Assembly (NCBI RefSeq): GCF_009914755.1
Contig: NC_060938.1
Source: the human T2T-CHM13v2.0 reference genome, Homo sapiens
Length of the DNA: 64,000 nucleotides
Reading direction: 5' to 3' (one strand)
The translations under genes were made by a program, and so were the position numbers. The notes under the pieces were generated by a model that had not been told where the DNA came from, made no database searches, and was given only the letters and a program-made list of their open reading frames with translations. Below, piece by piece: positions 36,601-49,629 of the stretch (positions within the stretch are counted from its first letter, which is position 1; each line of letters starts with the position of its first letter).

Positions 36601-38378
36601 GTCTTGAGTGTATAGTTGTTCATAATAATCTCTGATGATCTTTCACATATCTGTAGTATCAATTATAATGTCTAAGTTTTTGTTTTTGATTTTATTTACT
36701 TGAGTTTCTCTTTTTTCCCTTGGTTAGTGTAGCTAGTGGTTTATTTTAATTATCTTTTCAAAAAACCAACTTTTCATTTATTAATCTTTTGATGTTATTG
36801 GTCTATTTTGTTTAGTTCTGCTCTGATCTTTATTATTTCTTTCCTTCTATTAATTCTGTTTTGTGTTTTTTTCCTTTTCTAGTTTCCTGAGGTGACTTGT
36901 TATGTTGTTTCTTTGAAATCTTTCTAATATTTTGATGTAGGTGTTTATTGCTATAAAGTTTTCTCTTATCAATGTTTTTACTGTATCCCATAGGTTTTGG
37001 TATGTTGTGCTTCCATTTTCATTTTCTTCCAAAATTTTAAAATTTCTTTCTTCACTTCTTCATTGAACCAATGTTTGTTCAGAAGCATGTTGTTTAATTT
37101 CCATGTGTTTTTACAGTTTTCAAAGTTCCTCTTGTTATTAATTTCTAGTTTTATTCCTTCATGGTCTGAGAAGATACTTGATATGATTTTGATTTTTAAA
37201 AATTTGTTGAGATTTCTTTTGTGGCCTTACATGTAGTAGTATATCCCAGAGAATGTTCTGTGTGCTGATGAGAAGAATGTACATTCTGCAGCTGTTGGAT
37301 AAAATGTTTGGTAAATGTCTGTTAGGATTATTTGGTCTAAAGTCCAGTTTAAATCCAGTGTTTCTATGTTGATTTTCTAGACTCCTGAGAGTGTGGTGTC
37401 GAAGTCTCCACTATTATTATATTGGAGTCTATCTCAACCTTTATATATAATAACATTTGCTATATATATCTGGGTGCTCCTGTGTTGGGTGCCTATATGT
37501 TTAGAATTGTCATATCTTCTAGATGAATTTCTCTCTTTGTCATAATGTCCTTCTTTATGTCCTTTTACTATTTTTCACTCGAAGTCTTTTATTGGATATA
37601 AATATAACTACCTTTGCTTGCTTTGGTTTCCATTTGCATGGAATATCTTTTTTTCATCTCTTTGCTTTTAGACTCTATGTGTCTTTGCAAGTGAAATGAG
37701 TTTCTGTAGGCAGCAGATAGTTGATTCATTTTTCTTGTTTTGTTGTTTATTCAACCAATCTATGTATCTTAAGTGGAAAATTTAATCTGTTAACCTTCAA
37801 GGTTATTATTGATATGTGAGGAGTTATCCCTGTCAATTTTTAGCATTGTTGGTGGGTCAAGGTGGGTCTATTCTTTGGTCTCTAGATGGTTTGTTCAAGG
37901 GCCAGCAGTGGCAGCAGTGGGTAACAGCGAGATGGGGCACGCCTGTCATCAGGTCCCACAGTGATGCAGAGGGGCAGAGACCATGATGGGTAGAGCAGTG
38001 CAACCTATAGAGAGAGCATATGGACTCAGGTCACATGCAAGTGTACAATGGCCCTGCTGCTGGTGGGGGTTGGAGGAATTCTACCAATGGGAGAATTCCC
38101 AGGTAGTTGGGAGGCTTTCAGTCTCTGGGGAGAGTGTGTTTGGGCCACTGGTGACAGCTGCAGCAGTGTACAAGGAGCCTATTCGCAGAGTGCATGTTTG
38201 TGCACAGCAGCCGTACTGCTTGGTGGTGGGGGAGGTTGCTGTTAGTGGGAGCAACTCCAGGCATACATGTGTGTGGCTTTCAGGCACGGGTGAGAACACA
38301 CTTTGGCCCCGGTGGCAGCAGTGGCAGTGGTGGTAGAAGAAAGAACCTGTCCCAAGGGTGTGTGATAGTGCTCTGTGG
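33640..38378 (-). mobile_element. Old L1 (L1MA-type): 3' UTR, degraded ORF2 and probable 5'-UTR-like piece
   Basis: Antisense L1 3' UTR from ~33640. ORF2-like translations at 35896..36273 (..WLNICKSINMIHHIKRINDKNHMIIS..) and 36850..37032 (..TTYQNLWDTVK..). Confidence 0.9.
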
Positions 38379-38379
38379 C

Positions 38380-38881
38380 CCTGCTAGCAAGACTAATAAA
38401 GAAGAAAAGAGAGAATAATCAAATAGAAATTATACCTTAGTTTATAATTTTATAATTAAATAATCAAAAAATCAAACAACCCCATCAAAAACTGGGCAAA
38501 TGATATGAATAGACACTTGTCAAAAGAAGACATTTATGCAGCCAAAAGACACATGAAAAAATGCTCATCATCACTGGCCATCAGAGAAATGCAAATCAAA
38601 ACCACAATGAGATACCATCTCACACCAGTTAGAATGGCGATCATTAAAAAGTCAGGAAACAACAGGTGCTGGAAAGGATGTGGAGAAATAGGAACATTTT
38701 TACACTGTTGGTGGGACTGTAAATTAGTTCAACCATTGTGGAAGTCAGTGTGGCGATTCCTCAGGGATCTAGAACTAGAAATACCATTTGACCCAGCCAT
38801 CCCACTACTGGGTATATACCCAAAGAACTATAAATCATGCTGCTATAAAGACACATGCACACGTATGTTTATTGCGGCACT
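38380..38881 (+). mobile_element. Young L1PA ORF2 fragments with no 3' UTR or poly(A)
   Basis: GCTAGCAAGACTAATAAAGAAGAAAAGAGAG (mid ORF2), then the near-consensus ORF2 C-terminus [45 protein letters not shown]... Confidence 0.9.
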
Positions 38882-39559
38882 TCTGATTTTGAGTGTAGAA
38901 TTTGCTGTTTCATTCTATTTTGCACAGATTCTGTTGTCTTTTTTTAGTTCCCACGTAGACTGTACAGTTTTTGCTTTGAATTCTGGGTCACCTAGGGGTG
39001 CCAGGAAGAATTTTTAAAAATTACCTTTTGATTAGATAACTGCCCCGTTAAATATAGCATACTGACAAAAATGAAGACTATATTATTTCTGCTTTTTTAA
39101 GTTCATTGAAATTTGTATTGTGGCCTTTTAGGGTTCTTCTAGGTAAATATTTTCTATACTCTAAAAATAGTGAGTAATCTGAAGTGTAAGATTAAAAATT
39201 TTATTTGTAAATATAAATATAAAAAACCCTAATTAGATTATTTATGTGCATTGTATCTTGATGTAATTTGATGCCTTCTGCACCAATTTATTTTGTCATT
39301 CATTATTGTAGAGAAGAGATCTGAGGCCAGGTCGATTTTTCATCCACTATAGGTATCTGCTTTTTCTCCCCAGATTCTTTCAGTGTTTTTATTTCGTGTT
39401 TGTGATTCACATATTTCATCAGGATATATATACATATATATATATACTTTCTAAGAAATTATACTTTAAATATAATAAGCCCTTTGTCATCTCTGAAATG
39501 TTGTCTCTTAATTATGTCTTCCTTGTTTATTCTAGTCATACACTTTTGGGAGCAACTAC

Positions 39560-39857
39560 TATTTGCTTTATGCTAAAGCCTCTTTCATATATATACATGT
39601 GTGTGCATGTGCATGTGTATGTATATTATATATACAAATGAGCACATACATATATATATCGCCTCATATATATGAAGACATATATTATACATTATATATA
39701 TCTTCATGTATTATATATACATATATTCCCCATATATTATATGTATATATATTACACATGTATATTATATATACATATTATATATTATATACACAAATGA
39801 ATACGCACAGAGGCACACACATATATATATGAAAGAGGCTTTAGTATAAAGCAAATA
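39560..39857. repeat. AT-rich microsatellite bracketed by ~45-bp inverted repeats
   Basis: 39560-39606 is the near-perfect reverse complement of 39813-39857. Confidence 0.85.
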
Positions 39858-40702
39858 CTTAAAAAAAAATCTTCTAATGATTCTGGTCTATATACCGCTG
39901 TGATTTTCCACAACAGTGAATAACCGCTCAAGAGTCAAATGGAGATTTTATCACTGATTTATAATTTTCATTGAAGGTTTTTGATAACTTACTTATTGCT
40001 TTCTTTTCTTCATCCTGTTTTTGTCTCATATCCTCCCCTGACACTCAGGAGCTCCTAAGCCTTGTTAAATAAGTAACTATAATTTTCTTCTAGATCCTGA
40101 AGTAAATTATTGTCAGAGATGCGCTCTGTTCAGTGTCACTCCCTTACTCTTTTGCTGCAGAATTTTGTATTAGCCTGATGCTAATTACTTTTCTTTTAAA
40201 ACAGAGTTTAGATCTATGAGGATTTAATTTTTGTTAGCAGAACAAATGAATTGTCTTAGGTCCTGTTTTCTTATTATTTTTGCAATGGTAAAATTCCCTT
40301 CTGAGAGTGATCGCTGAGGGTAAGTTGCTTTAGCCTTAGCAAGGAGCAAGCCACGCAATTCTCTATTATTTTCAGGCTTTTTTTCTACTACATGCAGAAT
40401 CTGATTTTCTGGTTCTAAACCAATATAGTAGATAAATTCCATAATTTCCAGCATGCTGCAACAGGGTTTTTAAAATGTCTGTCACCTCTTCAGTGCTCAC
40501 TTTGTAGTTAACTATACTTTCCAGAAAGTGTGCATGGTGTGACTTCCTTTGCAAACTGCACCTGAAAGGTAAAGAGGCATGCTTGCCTAATATTTAGTTA
40601 GTACAGCTTCTGAATTAGGGAATGCAAAAAAACATCTTTCATGTTTTTTTTTTGCAGTCAATCTCTTGACTTTAGTGGAGGCTATTGCCAGAATTAGATA
40701 GG

Positions 40703-41077
40703 TTCTTTCCTCCTATCTCCCTTTCTCTTTCTTTCTTTCTCTTTCTTTCTTTTTTCTTTCTTTCTCTTTTCTTTCTTTCTTCCTCTCCCTCTCTTTCTTT
40801 CCTTCCTTCCTTCCCTCCTTCCTTTCTTTCCTCCTTCCCTCTCTCCCTCCCTCTCTTCTCTTTCTTTTTTTCTTCCTTTCTCCTTCCTTCCTTCTTCCCT
40901 CCCTTGCTGCATGCCTCTCTCCCTCCCTCCTTCCCTCCTTCCCTCCTTTCTTTCTTTCTTCCTTCCTTCCTTCCTTCTTTCCTTCCTTCCTTCTTTCTCT
41001 CTTTCCTTTTCTTTGCCTTTTTTCTCCACCTTTCCCTTCTTCCTTCCCTCCCTTCCTCCCTTTCTTCCCTCTTTCTT
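40703..41077 (+). repeat. Polypyrimidine (CTTT/CCTT)n tract
   Basis: About 375 bp almost entirely C/T. Confidence 0.95.
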
Positions 41078-41779
41078 GTGTTCTCCCTCCAACTACTTCT
41101 GTGTATTTTAAGTATGTCAATTGTGCCCCAGTTATAGCCTAAGGCTAAGGTTCTCTTTTCCTTATTAGTTTTTGTCTTTTTCTGTGCTTTCTTTTTTTTC
41201 CTGTCTGGAGAAGGCTGCATTAGGGGTCTCATAGCCACATATCATTAAAATGGGAATTATTACATTAAATTTTCTAAACTTTTAGTTTAAGTCATCATCT
41301 TTACTTTCATTGTTGTAAACAATCCAGCTATTCTGCATATTGTTGCCTGGTAGCCTTAATAAATTTTGCCTTGCTTGTATTCTTCAGGTTATTTTGAATT
41401 TTGTTAAATTTCCCTTATTGCTTACAAAATACTGATGAAAAGAATGATAGAATCACAAAGTATAATTATAAGATTGTATTATAAATAAATCTCATTCTAC
41501 AGCAACAGAAATTAAACTGAAATGGATTTAGCACAGGTCACCTGTTTTGAAAGTGGAAGAACTCTTGCTTCAGAATCTCAGAGAAAATTCTTAGAACCCT
41601 GAACCCATACAAAACATCTGAACCAAATACATTGTGCATCTTACTATTATTTTTATTATCAACTTTATATGAAATAAAAGGAAGCAAAACCACAAAGTAT
41701 GAATTAAAAGTTATTAGATGAGTAGTAATGTTAATACATTTGAAACATTGGTTAAATACATTCAGGAATGTGTAGCATT

Positions 41780-42190
41780 TTTATAATGCCCTGACCTTAC
41801 TCTTTTGGTCCACCCTGGAGGTCACCTGCAGTTTCAGTAAAGAATGTCATACAAGCCAATGGCTTCCTACCTCAGACACCTCAACCTGAGGGCTTTCTGT
41901 AGTTGTAGAAGCACATGAAGTCTGCTTAAGGAGCAGGCCAGAGGTGTTGGAAAATTAATGCCCATAGGAGCAACTATAAGGAATATTGATTGCTAGATAA
42001 AACCTCAGCTTTCTCACTCATTGGTGAGAAATTCTCTCAGTATGAAATCAGCAAATCTGAGTCTCCAGTTGCTCACAGCAATGCCCATTTATTAGCACAT
42101 GGTTTATTGACTTTACCCCCTTTTTGATCTCATTTCCCTAACCGTGCTTTCTGGGATCAGGCACTACTTGTGGAGAAACATCACCTAAGA
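41780..42190 (+). mobile_element. LTR16-family (ERVL) solo LTR, degraded
   Basis: GGAGCAGGCCAGAGGTGTTGG..AATTAATGCCC, CTCCAGTTGCTCACAGC, GTGCTTTCTGGGATC, ACCTAAGA end. Confidence 0.55.
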
Positions 42191-44009
42191 AGTGCCCTTC
42201 TTTCTTAGAGAGCATTTCCCTTTCTTAGATGTGATTCTGAGATTCACCTCCAAGCTTTGTATATATGATACCAAATCATTACTGGAGGTGTCAATCAATG
42301 CATATATGTCCAAGAGGTAATTTCTTAGAAATTTATTCTATTCAATTAAACGTATCACCACAATGTTTGTTCCAAGCCATTGTTTTACATAAATATAATA
42401 GTGCTAGTTTCTCATGTAAAGCTTCATTCCAGGAAGTCAGTAATTGTTGCCAACCCAGCTATCCATCTTGCATCATCTTACTTTATTTTAAAAATCCTTT
42501 TATTTTTAAAATCTCAAAATATTTCAAAATTCTAAAAGCAGAGCATAAGACCCCATATATCCTGCCATTCAATTTCAATAAATATTAACATTTGCTATAC
42601 ATTTTAATGTGTCCTATCCCACTTAATTTTTAAAATCTTCATGGAATTGTAATATACACAGAAAAGTGCATATATCATAAGTGCATATATCATTAGTGTA
42701 CAGTAAAATGAATTTTCTCAAACTGAACACACTGATGTAACCAGCACACAGACAAAACAAACAGAATATTGTCAGCACTTTCAAATTCCTCCCCCATTCC
42801 CGTTCCTTCCTCAGTTAACACTCACCACACCAACACAGGAACATATTATATTATTCTATTTTTCAAGAGTCTTTTAAAGCAGATAACACTCATCCTGTCA
42901 TTTTATTATTAAGTCTAATCTAAAGACAAACCACTCTCTAGTCACACCATGCTTTACCTTCCTAACAAGCATACTATTTTTCCAAAAATTTTGTTGAAAA
43001 ATGCTTTAATTAGAAATGAACAAAACCTGGATTTAGTTAATTGAAGAAAAATATATAATGAGAGAGTAAAATACATGCTTTCACTCTACAGGTTTGGAAT
43101 TAGGCAGAAAAACAGTGTCCCAGGTTCAAAGATTGTGAAAGGCACACACTGACTTTTGAGACTTGCTATCTCTTCATAGCTTGAATTGGATCACTTTGCT
43201 AAGAAACTGCAATTTTATTAATAGTATTCTTAGATTATACCATTACATCCTAACTTTAACCCAAGTTTTCAAGTAATTATTTTATTTGGGGGTAAATCAT
43301 AATCTATGTTGAAAGTCTTATTTTAGGATGACTAGAGGTGTTTCAGAATAATTTTCTTTTTCTTGGGACATATCTGTTAATTTAAAATCCAGCTTTGAAT
43401 TTGCAAATGCTTAAAATAATTAATTTTGATGATGACATAATGCAATATATTTTAAAAATATGTTGTCTTTCCCCACAATATAGAGTAATTCCATATTTAT
43501 TCAGGGCTTCTCTATTTGATAAACAAATGCCCAAAGGATAAAATTATTGCTTATCTGACTCGGTGTATTGCCTTTTCTGCTGAAATGTAACCCTTCCTCT
43601 TGTTAGCATAGAAATAAAGAACTGATAGTGAATTTCAAGTTACTTCTTTACATTTCAAAATAAAGTGAGTCTCATGTTTACTTTCCATATTGAATTAATA
43701 ATGTTAGAAAGAGTTGTAAACAGGAAATTGTGAAAACATAATTGGGTAATTATCACTTTTGAGAAAGTCTAGGTTTGTAATACAATATATTTGCCTTCTT
43801 TCAATGATACATTGCAAATAAATAGTATCACTATTCAAATAATATTATCACATTTAGTTAATAAAACATTCAAGTAAACACAAAATATTGATTTCTCACA
43901 CAATGTTGAAAGCTAATAAGTATAAAATAAAATTATGTACAAGAAATCTAAGGTCGTGACAGATTATTTAAAATAATTTATAGTGAATATTACTGTTATT
44001 ATTATTATT

Positions 44010-44300
44010 AATTTTAAAGTCAGCGTTTCTTTCTGTTGGCCAGGCTGGAGTGCATGGTGTAATCATAGCTCACCACAGCCTCAAACTCCTGAGCTCATGA
44101 TATTCTTCCACCTTAACCTCCAGATTATCTAGGACTATAGGGAGGCACCATCACTTCTGGCTAAATATATATATATATATAGTAGAGACTTGCTCTCACT
44201 TTGTTTCCCAGACTGGTCTTGAACTCCGGGCCTCAAGCAATTCTCCAACCTCAGCATCCCAAAGTGCTGTGATTACCAGCATGAGCCACTGCATATGGCT
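44010..44300 (-). mobile_element. AluJ with a (TA)n middle linker
   Basis: CAGGCTGGAGTGCATGGTGTAATCATAGCTCACCACAGCCTC ... CTCAAGCAATTCTCC...GAGCCACTGCA. Confidence 0.85.
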
Positions 44301-45299
44301 TATAATGACCGTTATTTTTAATCTTAATTTTTAAACTACCAAAAGAATTTGCACTCAGAAACAATGACTTCCAGCATGCAGAATTGAAAATTACCTGTCT
44401 TCTTTATTTTGCAGATAGTGTATAATTGCCATTTATTTTTCTAATTTAGCAAACATTTAAAATATATGCATTTCTTAAAATTATTTGGCTCGAAGATATT
44501 TATTTTGTCTAAATCAATTTTTGAAGAAAATACTTAAAAGCATAAGTTTCCAGGGATGCTTTCAAAAAGAAAGAAGGAAGTAATATAGTAAATGTCTCTA
44601 ACACTAATTGTTTACCTCTCAAATAATAATTAAAAGCACTTGAAATATGTAATGAAAAAATAAAACTCATTTTTAGTTTGTTCTTTCTCCAGTATCCTTG
44701 CTGTCATAGCTAATTTGAGCTCATTAAGAAGTATCAGTGGGGTGGAGCTTTCTTCCTGGTAATGACAGTCTAGGTAATTTGGATCAAAATTGCCACTGAA
44801 AAATCAGTAATTTGTAACGAGAATTTCTGTATAGCTATATATTGACATCAATCTACGTGTCTGTCTGTCTGTTTATCTAAACAACAGAGAACTAACAAGC
44901 CAGTGAGAATTGTGGGGCCAATATTTAAGAGATTAAAAAAACCTAGTATAGTAACCCAAGCATTGAGGTCACTTTCCCTTTTCTCTCAACACAAAGAATG
45001 AGCATGTTCCTGAAGATGTGGCCAAGAGGCTGAAAAGCAAAGCAGAATATTTCAACAAATTCAAGGGCCTAGCAGGGTAAAGTTGTGATTTAGGCCACAC
45101 TAAACAAATAAAGCATGGTAAAATACCAAGTTTAATTTGAAAGCTGAAAGATCTGCAATTTAGGAGTAAAGATGAAACTGAAATAGACTAGCTCTCACTG
45201 GGTCTGAATCACAGCTTTAAATCAACTCCAGCACTTATTTGATTAAGGTAATCCAGATAATATCATATTGCCTCAAGTCTCAAATAAGTTCTACAATTT

Positions 45300-45450
45300 A
45301 TTTATTTTCCAATTATTTTTAAATTTTTAATATTTTAGAGATGGGGTTTTGCTATGTTACCAAGGCTGAACTTGAACTTCTTGGCTCAAGCCATCATCCC
45401 ACCTCAGCCTGCAAACTAGCTGGGACTATACGTCCATGCTACTGAGGCTG
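45300..45450 (-). mobile_element. FLAM/Alu monomer
   Basis: TAGAGATGGGGTTTTGCTATGTTACCAAGGCTG...CTCAGCCTGCAAACTAGCTGGGACTATA. Confidence 0.75.
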
Positions 45451-45535
45451 GAAGTTCTACAATTCATTTTAAAATAAGCAATACTGGTGGCCTAATCAAG
45501 TATATCCAAATGTATGAAGAAATAAGGCAAATTGA

Positions 45536-45860
45536 TTGCTATTGTCTGAATTGTGCCACCTCTGCCCCCAAATTCATATGTTGAAGTTTTAACTTCCAGT
45601 ACCTCAGAAAATGATTCTGTTTGAAGATAGGGCCTGTAAAGTGGTGACTTAGATAAAATTGGGACAATGGATGAGCTATAATCTAATATTATCTGATGTT
45701 GTTATAAGAGGAGGATATTAAAACAGACACAGAGGGAAAATGATGTGAAAACATCAGATGAAGATGGCCATCTACAAGCCAAAATTGTGAGAAAATATAT
45801 TTCTGTTATGTTAGTCACCTGACTGGTACTTGCTCATCACAGTACTGTTATACTAATATA
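45536..45860 (+). mobile_element. MLT1A-like MaLR LTR
   Basis: CCCCAAATTCATATGTTGAAG...CCAGTACCTCAGAA; GAAGATGGCCATCTACAAGCCAA. Confidence 0.75.
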
Positions 45861-45879
45861 GTGATAAAAGCCCGAGGAA

Positions 45880-48200
45880 ACATAAAATAGAAATATCTAT
45901 GGGGAAGACAGATAGTTGTGGTCTATATATAGGGGAAATAAAGTCTATACCTAAAATATTCCAGGAACTAAAACAAATGATTTACACAGAAATGGAAACT
46001 CTTATAATAACCTGAGAAACTCTATAACTGGAAAATTGAGAAACTGAAATCAAGAACTCAAAGATGGATTTAATAACAGATTTGATATAGATGAAGAAAT
46101 ACTATTGAACTGGATAATAGATCAGAAGACAATTTCCCAAATATAGCAAAAAAATATAGAGGACTAGAAAATACAGAACAGAGCATATGAGACGAGATTA
46201 ATAAAAATAGTCTATGTATACATTATTGGATTCCAAGGAGGAAAAAAAGTATTAAAATTTAAAGATATAATAACTGAAAAATTTAAAAACTGATGATAAT
46301 ATAAAGCCTCAGATTAAGAAGCAAATGCATAATGACACCCATAGACTCAAAGTAAAGGGTTGAAGAAAGATCTGTCATACAAAAGGAAAACAAAAACGGG
46401 GTCACTACCCCCCAACAAAAAAAACTGAAAGCCAAAACAATACTAAGCAAAAGGAATGCAGCTGGAGGCACCACATTACCCAACTTCAAACTGTACTGTA
46501 AGGCTACCATAACCAAAGCAACATGGTACTTGTACAAAAAACAGACACATAGACCAGTGGGACAGAATAGAGAACCCAGATGTAAACCTGCACACTTACA
46601 GCCATCTGATCTTTGACAAAGTTGATGAAAATAATCAATAGGGAGATGACTCCCTTTTCAATAAATGGTGCTGGAATAGCTTGCTAACCAGATGCGGAAG
46701 AATGCAACTTGACTCCTCCTACCTTTCACCATATCCAAAAATGAACTCAAGATGGATTAAAGATTTAAATGTAAGATTTCAAACTTTAAGAATCCTAGAA
46801 GAAAACCTAGGAAACAGCATTCTTAACATTGTCTTTGGGAATGAATTTATGACCAAGTCCTCAAAAGCAATTGCAACAAAAACAAAAATGGACAAATGGG
46901 ACCTAACTAAACTAAAGAACTTCTGCATAGTAAAAGAAACTATTAACAGAATAAATGGACAGCCTACATAATGGGAGAGACTATTTACAAGCCGTGCATC
47001 TAAAAAATGATTTATAAGGAACTTAAATGATTAAACAAGCAAAAACTAATAACCCCATTAAAAAGTGGGCAAAAGACATGAACAGTCACTTCTCCAAAGA
47101 AGACATACAAGCAGTCACAAGTACATGAAAAAATGCTCAACATCAGTAATCATCAGAGATATGCAAATCAAAAACTCAATGAGAATCTCACCACCAGTCA
47201 GAATGGCTATCATAAACAACTTGAAAAACAATAGATGCTGGCAAGGCTGACAAGGCTGGCAAGGAGAAAAAGGAATCCTTATACGCTGTTTGTGACAATA
47301 TAAATTAGTTCAGTCACTGTGGAAAGTAGTTTTTAGATTTCTCAAAGAATTTTAAACAGAACTCTTATTTGACCCAGCAACCCCATTACTGGGTATATAT
47401 CCAAAAGTAAATACATCGTTCTACCCAAAAGACACATGCACTTGTATGTTCATTGCAGCACTATTCATAATGGCAAAGACAAGGAGTCAACCTAGGTGTG
47501 AACCAATGGTGGAAAAAGAAAATGTGGTACATATACACCATGGAATAATACATAGCCATAAAAAAAGAATGGAATTATATTCTTTGAGGCAACATGGATG
47601 TAGCTGAAAGCCATTATCCTAAGCACAGGATGAACACAGAATTAACGCAGGAACAGAAAACCAAATGCTGCATATTCTTACTTATAAGTGAGAACTAAAC
47701 ATCGAGTGTTCATGGATGTAAAGATGGCAACAATAGACATTGGGGACTGCTAGAGAGGGAAGGGAACTTGGGGGCTCTGCATTGAATAACTATTGGGTAC
47801 TATGGTCACTACCTGGGGACAGAATTATTTGTATCCCACACCTCAGCATCACACAATGTACCCATGTAATAAACTTGCACATGCACCCCCTGAATGTAAA
47901 ATAAAAAGTTGAAATTATATTTACCCATTATATTTATTAGGAAGAAGTCAAATGAAGAAAGTGCACTTCCACATAATAAGATAAATATGCTCTAAAACTA
48001 AACAAAACAAACAAAGAGAAATCATTAAAGCACCCGGAAAAAAGATGGGTTACCTACAAAGAATTTAAAATAGGATTGAAGCCAGATTCCTCAACAGAAA
48101 AAAATTAAAGCCAGATGGCAGTGAAATAATATCTTCAAAATATTAAAAGTTAAGTATTCTATACACAGAGGAAATAGTCTTCACAAATGAAGTGAACAAG
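45880..48200 (+). mobile_element. Old L1M ORF1 relic interrupted by a younger L1 (L1PB/old L1PA) piece at ~46325-47910
   Basis: ORF1-like pieces at 45880-46320 and 47990-48200. The inner element has the ORF2 C-terminus (46681..46971 ..[11 protein letters not shown]..), a 3' UTR and an A-rich end at ~47900. Confidence 0.8.
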
Positions 48201-48230
48201 AGGAAAAGGTGCTCATTCTTAATCACAATA

Positions 48231-48638
48231 TGATATGGTTCGGATGTTCTGTCCCCTCCAAATCTCATGTTGTGTTGTGACCTCCAAAATTGATAGTGAG
48301 CCCAGTGGGAGGTGTGTGGGTCATGGGAGAAGATCCCTCATGAGTGGCTTGGCGATGTCCTCATGGTAATGAGTGAGCTCCCACTGTATAAGTTCATGTG
48401 AGATTGGCTTGTTTAAAAGAGTATGACATCCTTCCCCTTGCTCTCTCATCGTGTGATACACCTGCTTCCTTGTCCTCTTCTGCCATGATTGTAAACTTCC
48501 TGAGGCCCCTAACAGAAGCTGTGCAGATGTTAGTGCCATGCTTATATAGCATGTAGGAACATGAGCCAAAATAAACCTCTTTTCTTTATAAATTACCCGG
48601 TTGCCATTCCTTTATAGCAATGCAAACAGACTAATGTG
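48231..48638 (+). mobile_element. MSTA/MSTB MaLR LTR
   Basis: TGATATGGTTCGGATG..CCAAATCTCATGTTG start; AATAAACCTCTTTTCTTTATAAATTACCC...TTTATAGCAATGCAAACAGACTAAT end. Confidence 0.85.
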
Positions 48639-48999
48639 CACTAGCAAAAAATGCAGAATGAATGTGCACTAAATGTCATTTCTCATCTATCGTAATGGAA
48701 AAAGTTTTAAAAGTTTGAAATGATTATGTTAGTAAGACTTGGGGAATAGGCATTCTCATTTAGCACAAGATAGTGCAACAAGTAAGGAAAGAAGTTAGGC
48801 AACCTGACAATATCACATACACATTTTCCCTTGTATCTGGAAATTCTTTCCTATCCCAAACATATACTGGCAAAAATATACAAACAGGCATGTGTACAGG
48901 AAACAAAATGTAGTACTATTTGTAAAAGAAAGAGAATATAGCACAGTGCAAATACACATTAATAGGGATTGATTCAATGAACTATGGTATGATACTTAG

Positions 49000-49625
49000 T
49001 TAAGGGGTTTTCCAAGCTAAGTTTTGAAGGTGTGACCTGATTTATGCTTGGCGGGGATAGTAAAATTTGAGAAGAGAGAGATAAATTGAGAGAAGAATTA
49101 TTATACTAAAAGGAAAAGGACTGATGATTTTTGGAAATTCTCAGCCAATCCACATTGCAACTATAGTAAGATAGAAGAAATTTACAATCAGGAAAGTGTG
49201 ATCTATAGAAAATGCTGGGATGTGACATTAAAACTCTCTCCTGAAACCTCATAAAGATCAAAAGATAAGAGTATTTAGCCACACAAAAGCCTTTTTTTTT
49301 TTTTTAAGATTAAGGGTATGACTCACAGAGCTTCTCAATTAAACCATAGGACCTCTAGAAAACTTAAGGGCAATGTTCCTCAGCAACATCAATAAAAGCA
49401 AAAATCACGAAGGGATTATTTAGGTAAGATCTCTCACTAAGTATCTTGTATAATGGAGCAAATTCCTGTGATATACACGGTAGGCACAGAAAGTTCTTCA
49501 AATTTTTATGTCTAGAGTAAAACTATCTGGTTGGACTAAAAGTGACAGAGAGTAAAAAATGAAAGAGTGTTTCACCCCAAAAACTCTAGTGGTAAAAACC
49601 AGGCTGATTAAAGTAGTCATCTGTA
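49000..49625 (+). mobile_element. MaLR internal (MLT-int) fragment; apparently resumes at ~56510-56840
   Basis: GGAAATTCTCAGCCAATCCACATTGCAA motif. The later piece has AGAGCCACAAAGAATTACTCC...GCCTGTCCCTCCATTGT. Confidence 0.55.
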
Positions 49626-49629
49626 GAGT

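Noticed and set aside
38505-39017. 170-aa ORF
   Set aside because: L1 ORF2 C-terminal fragment running into flanking DNA; not an independent gene.
40672-41238. 130-188 aa Lys/Glu/Arg-rich or Ser/Phe/Leu-rich ORFs
   Set aside because: Translations of the CT-rich simple repeat.
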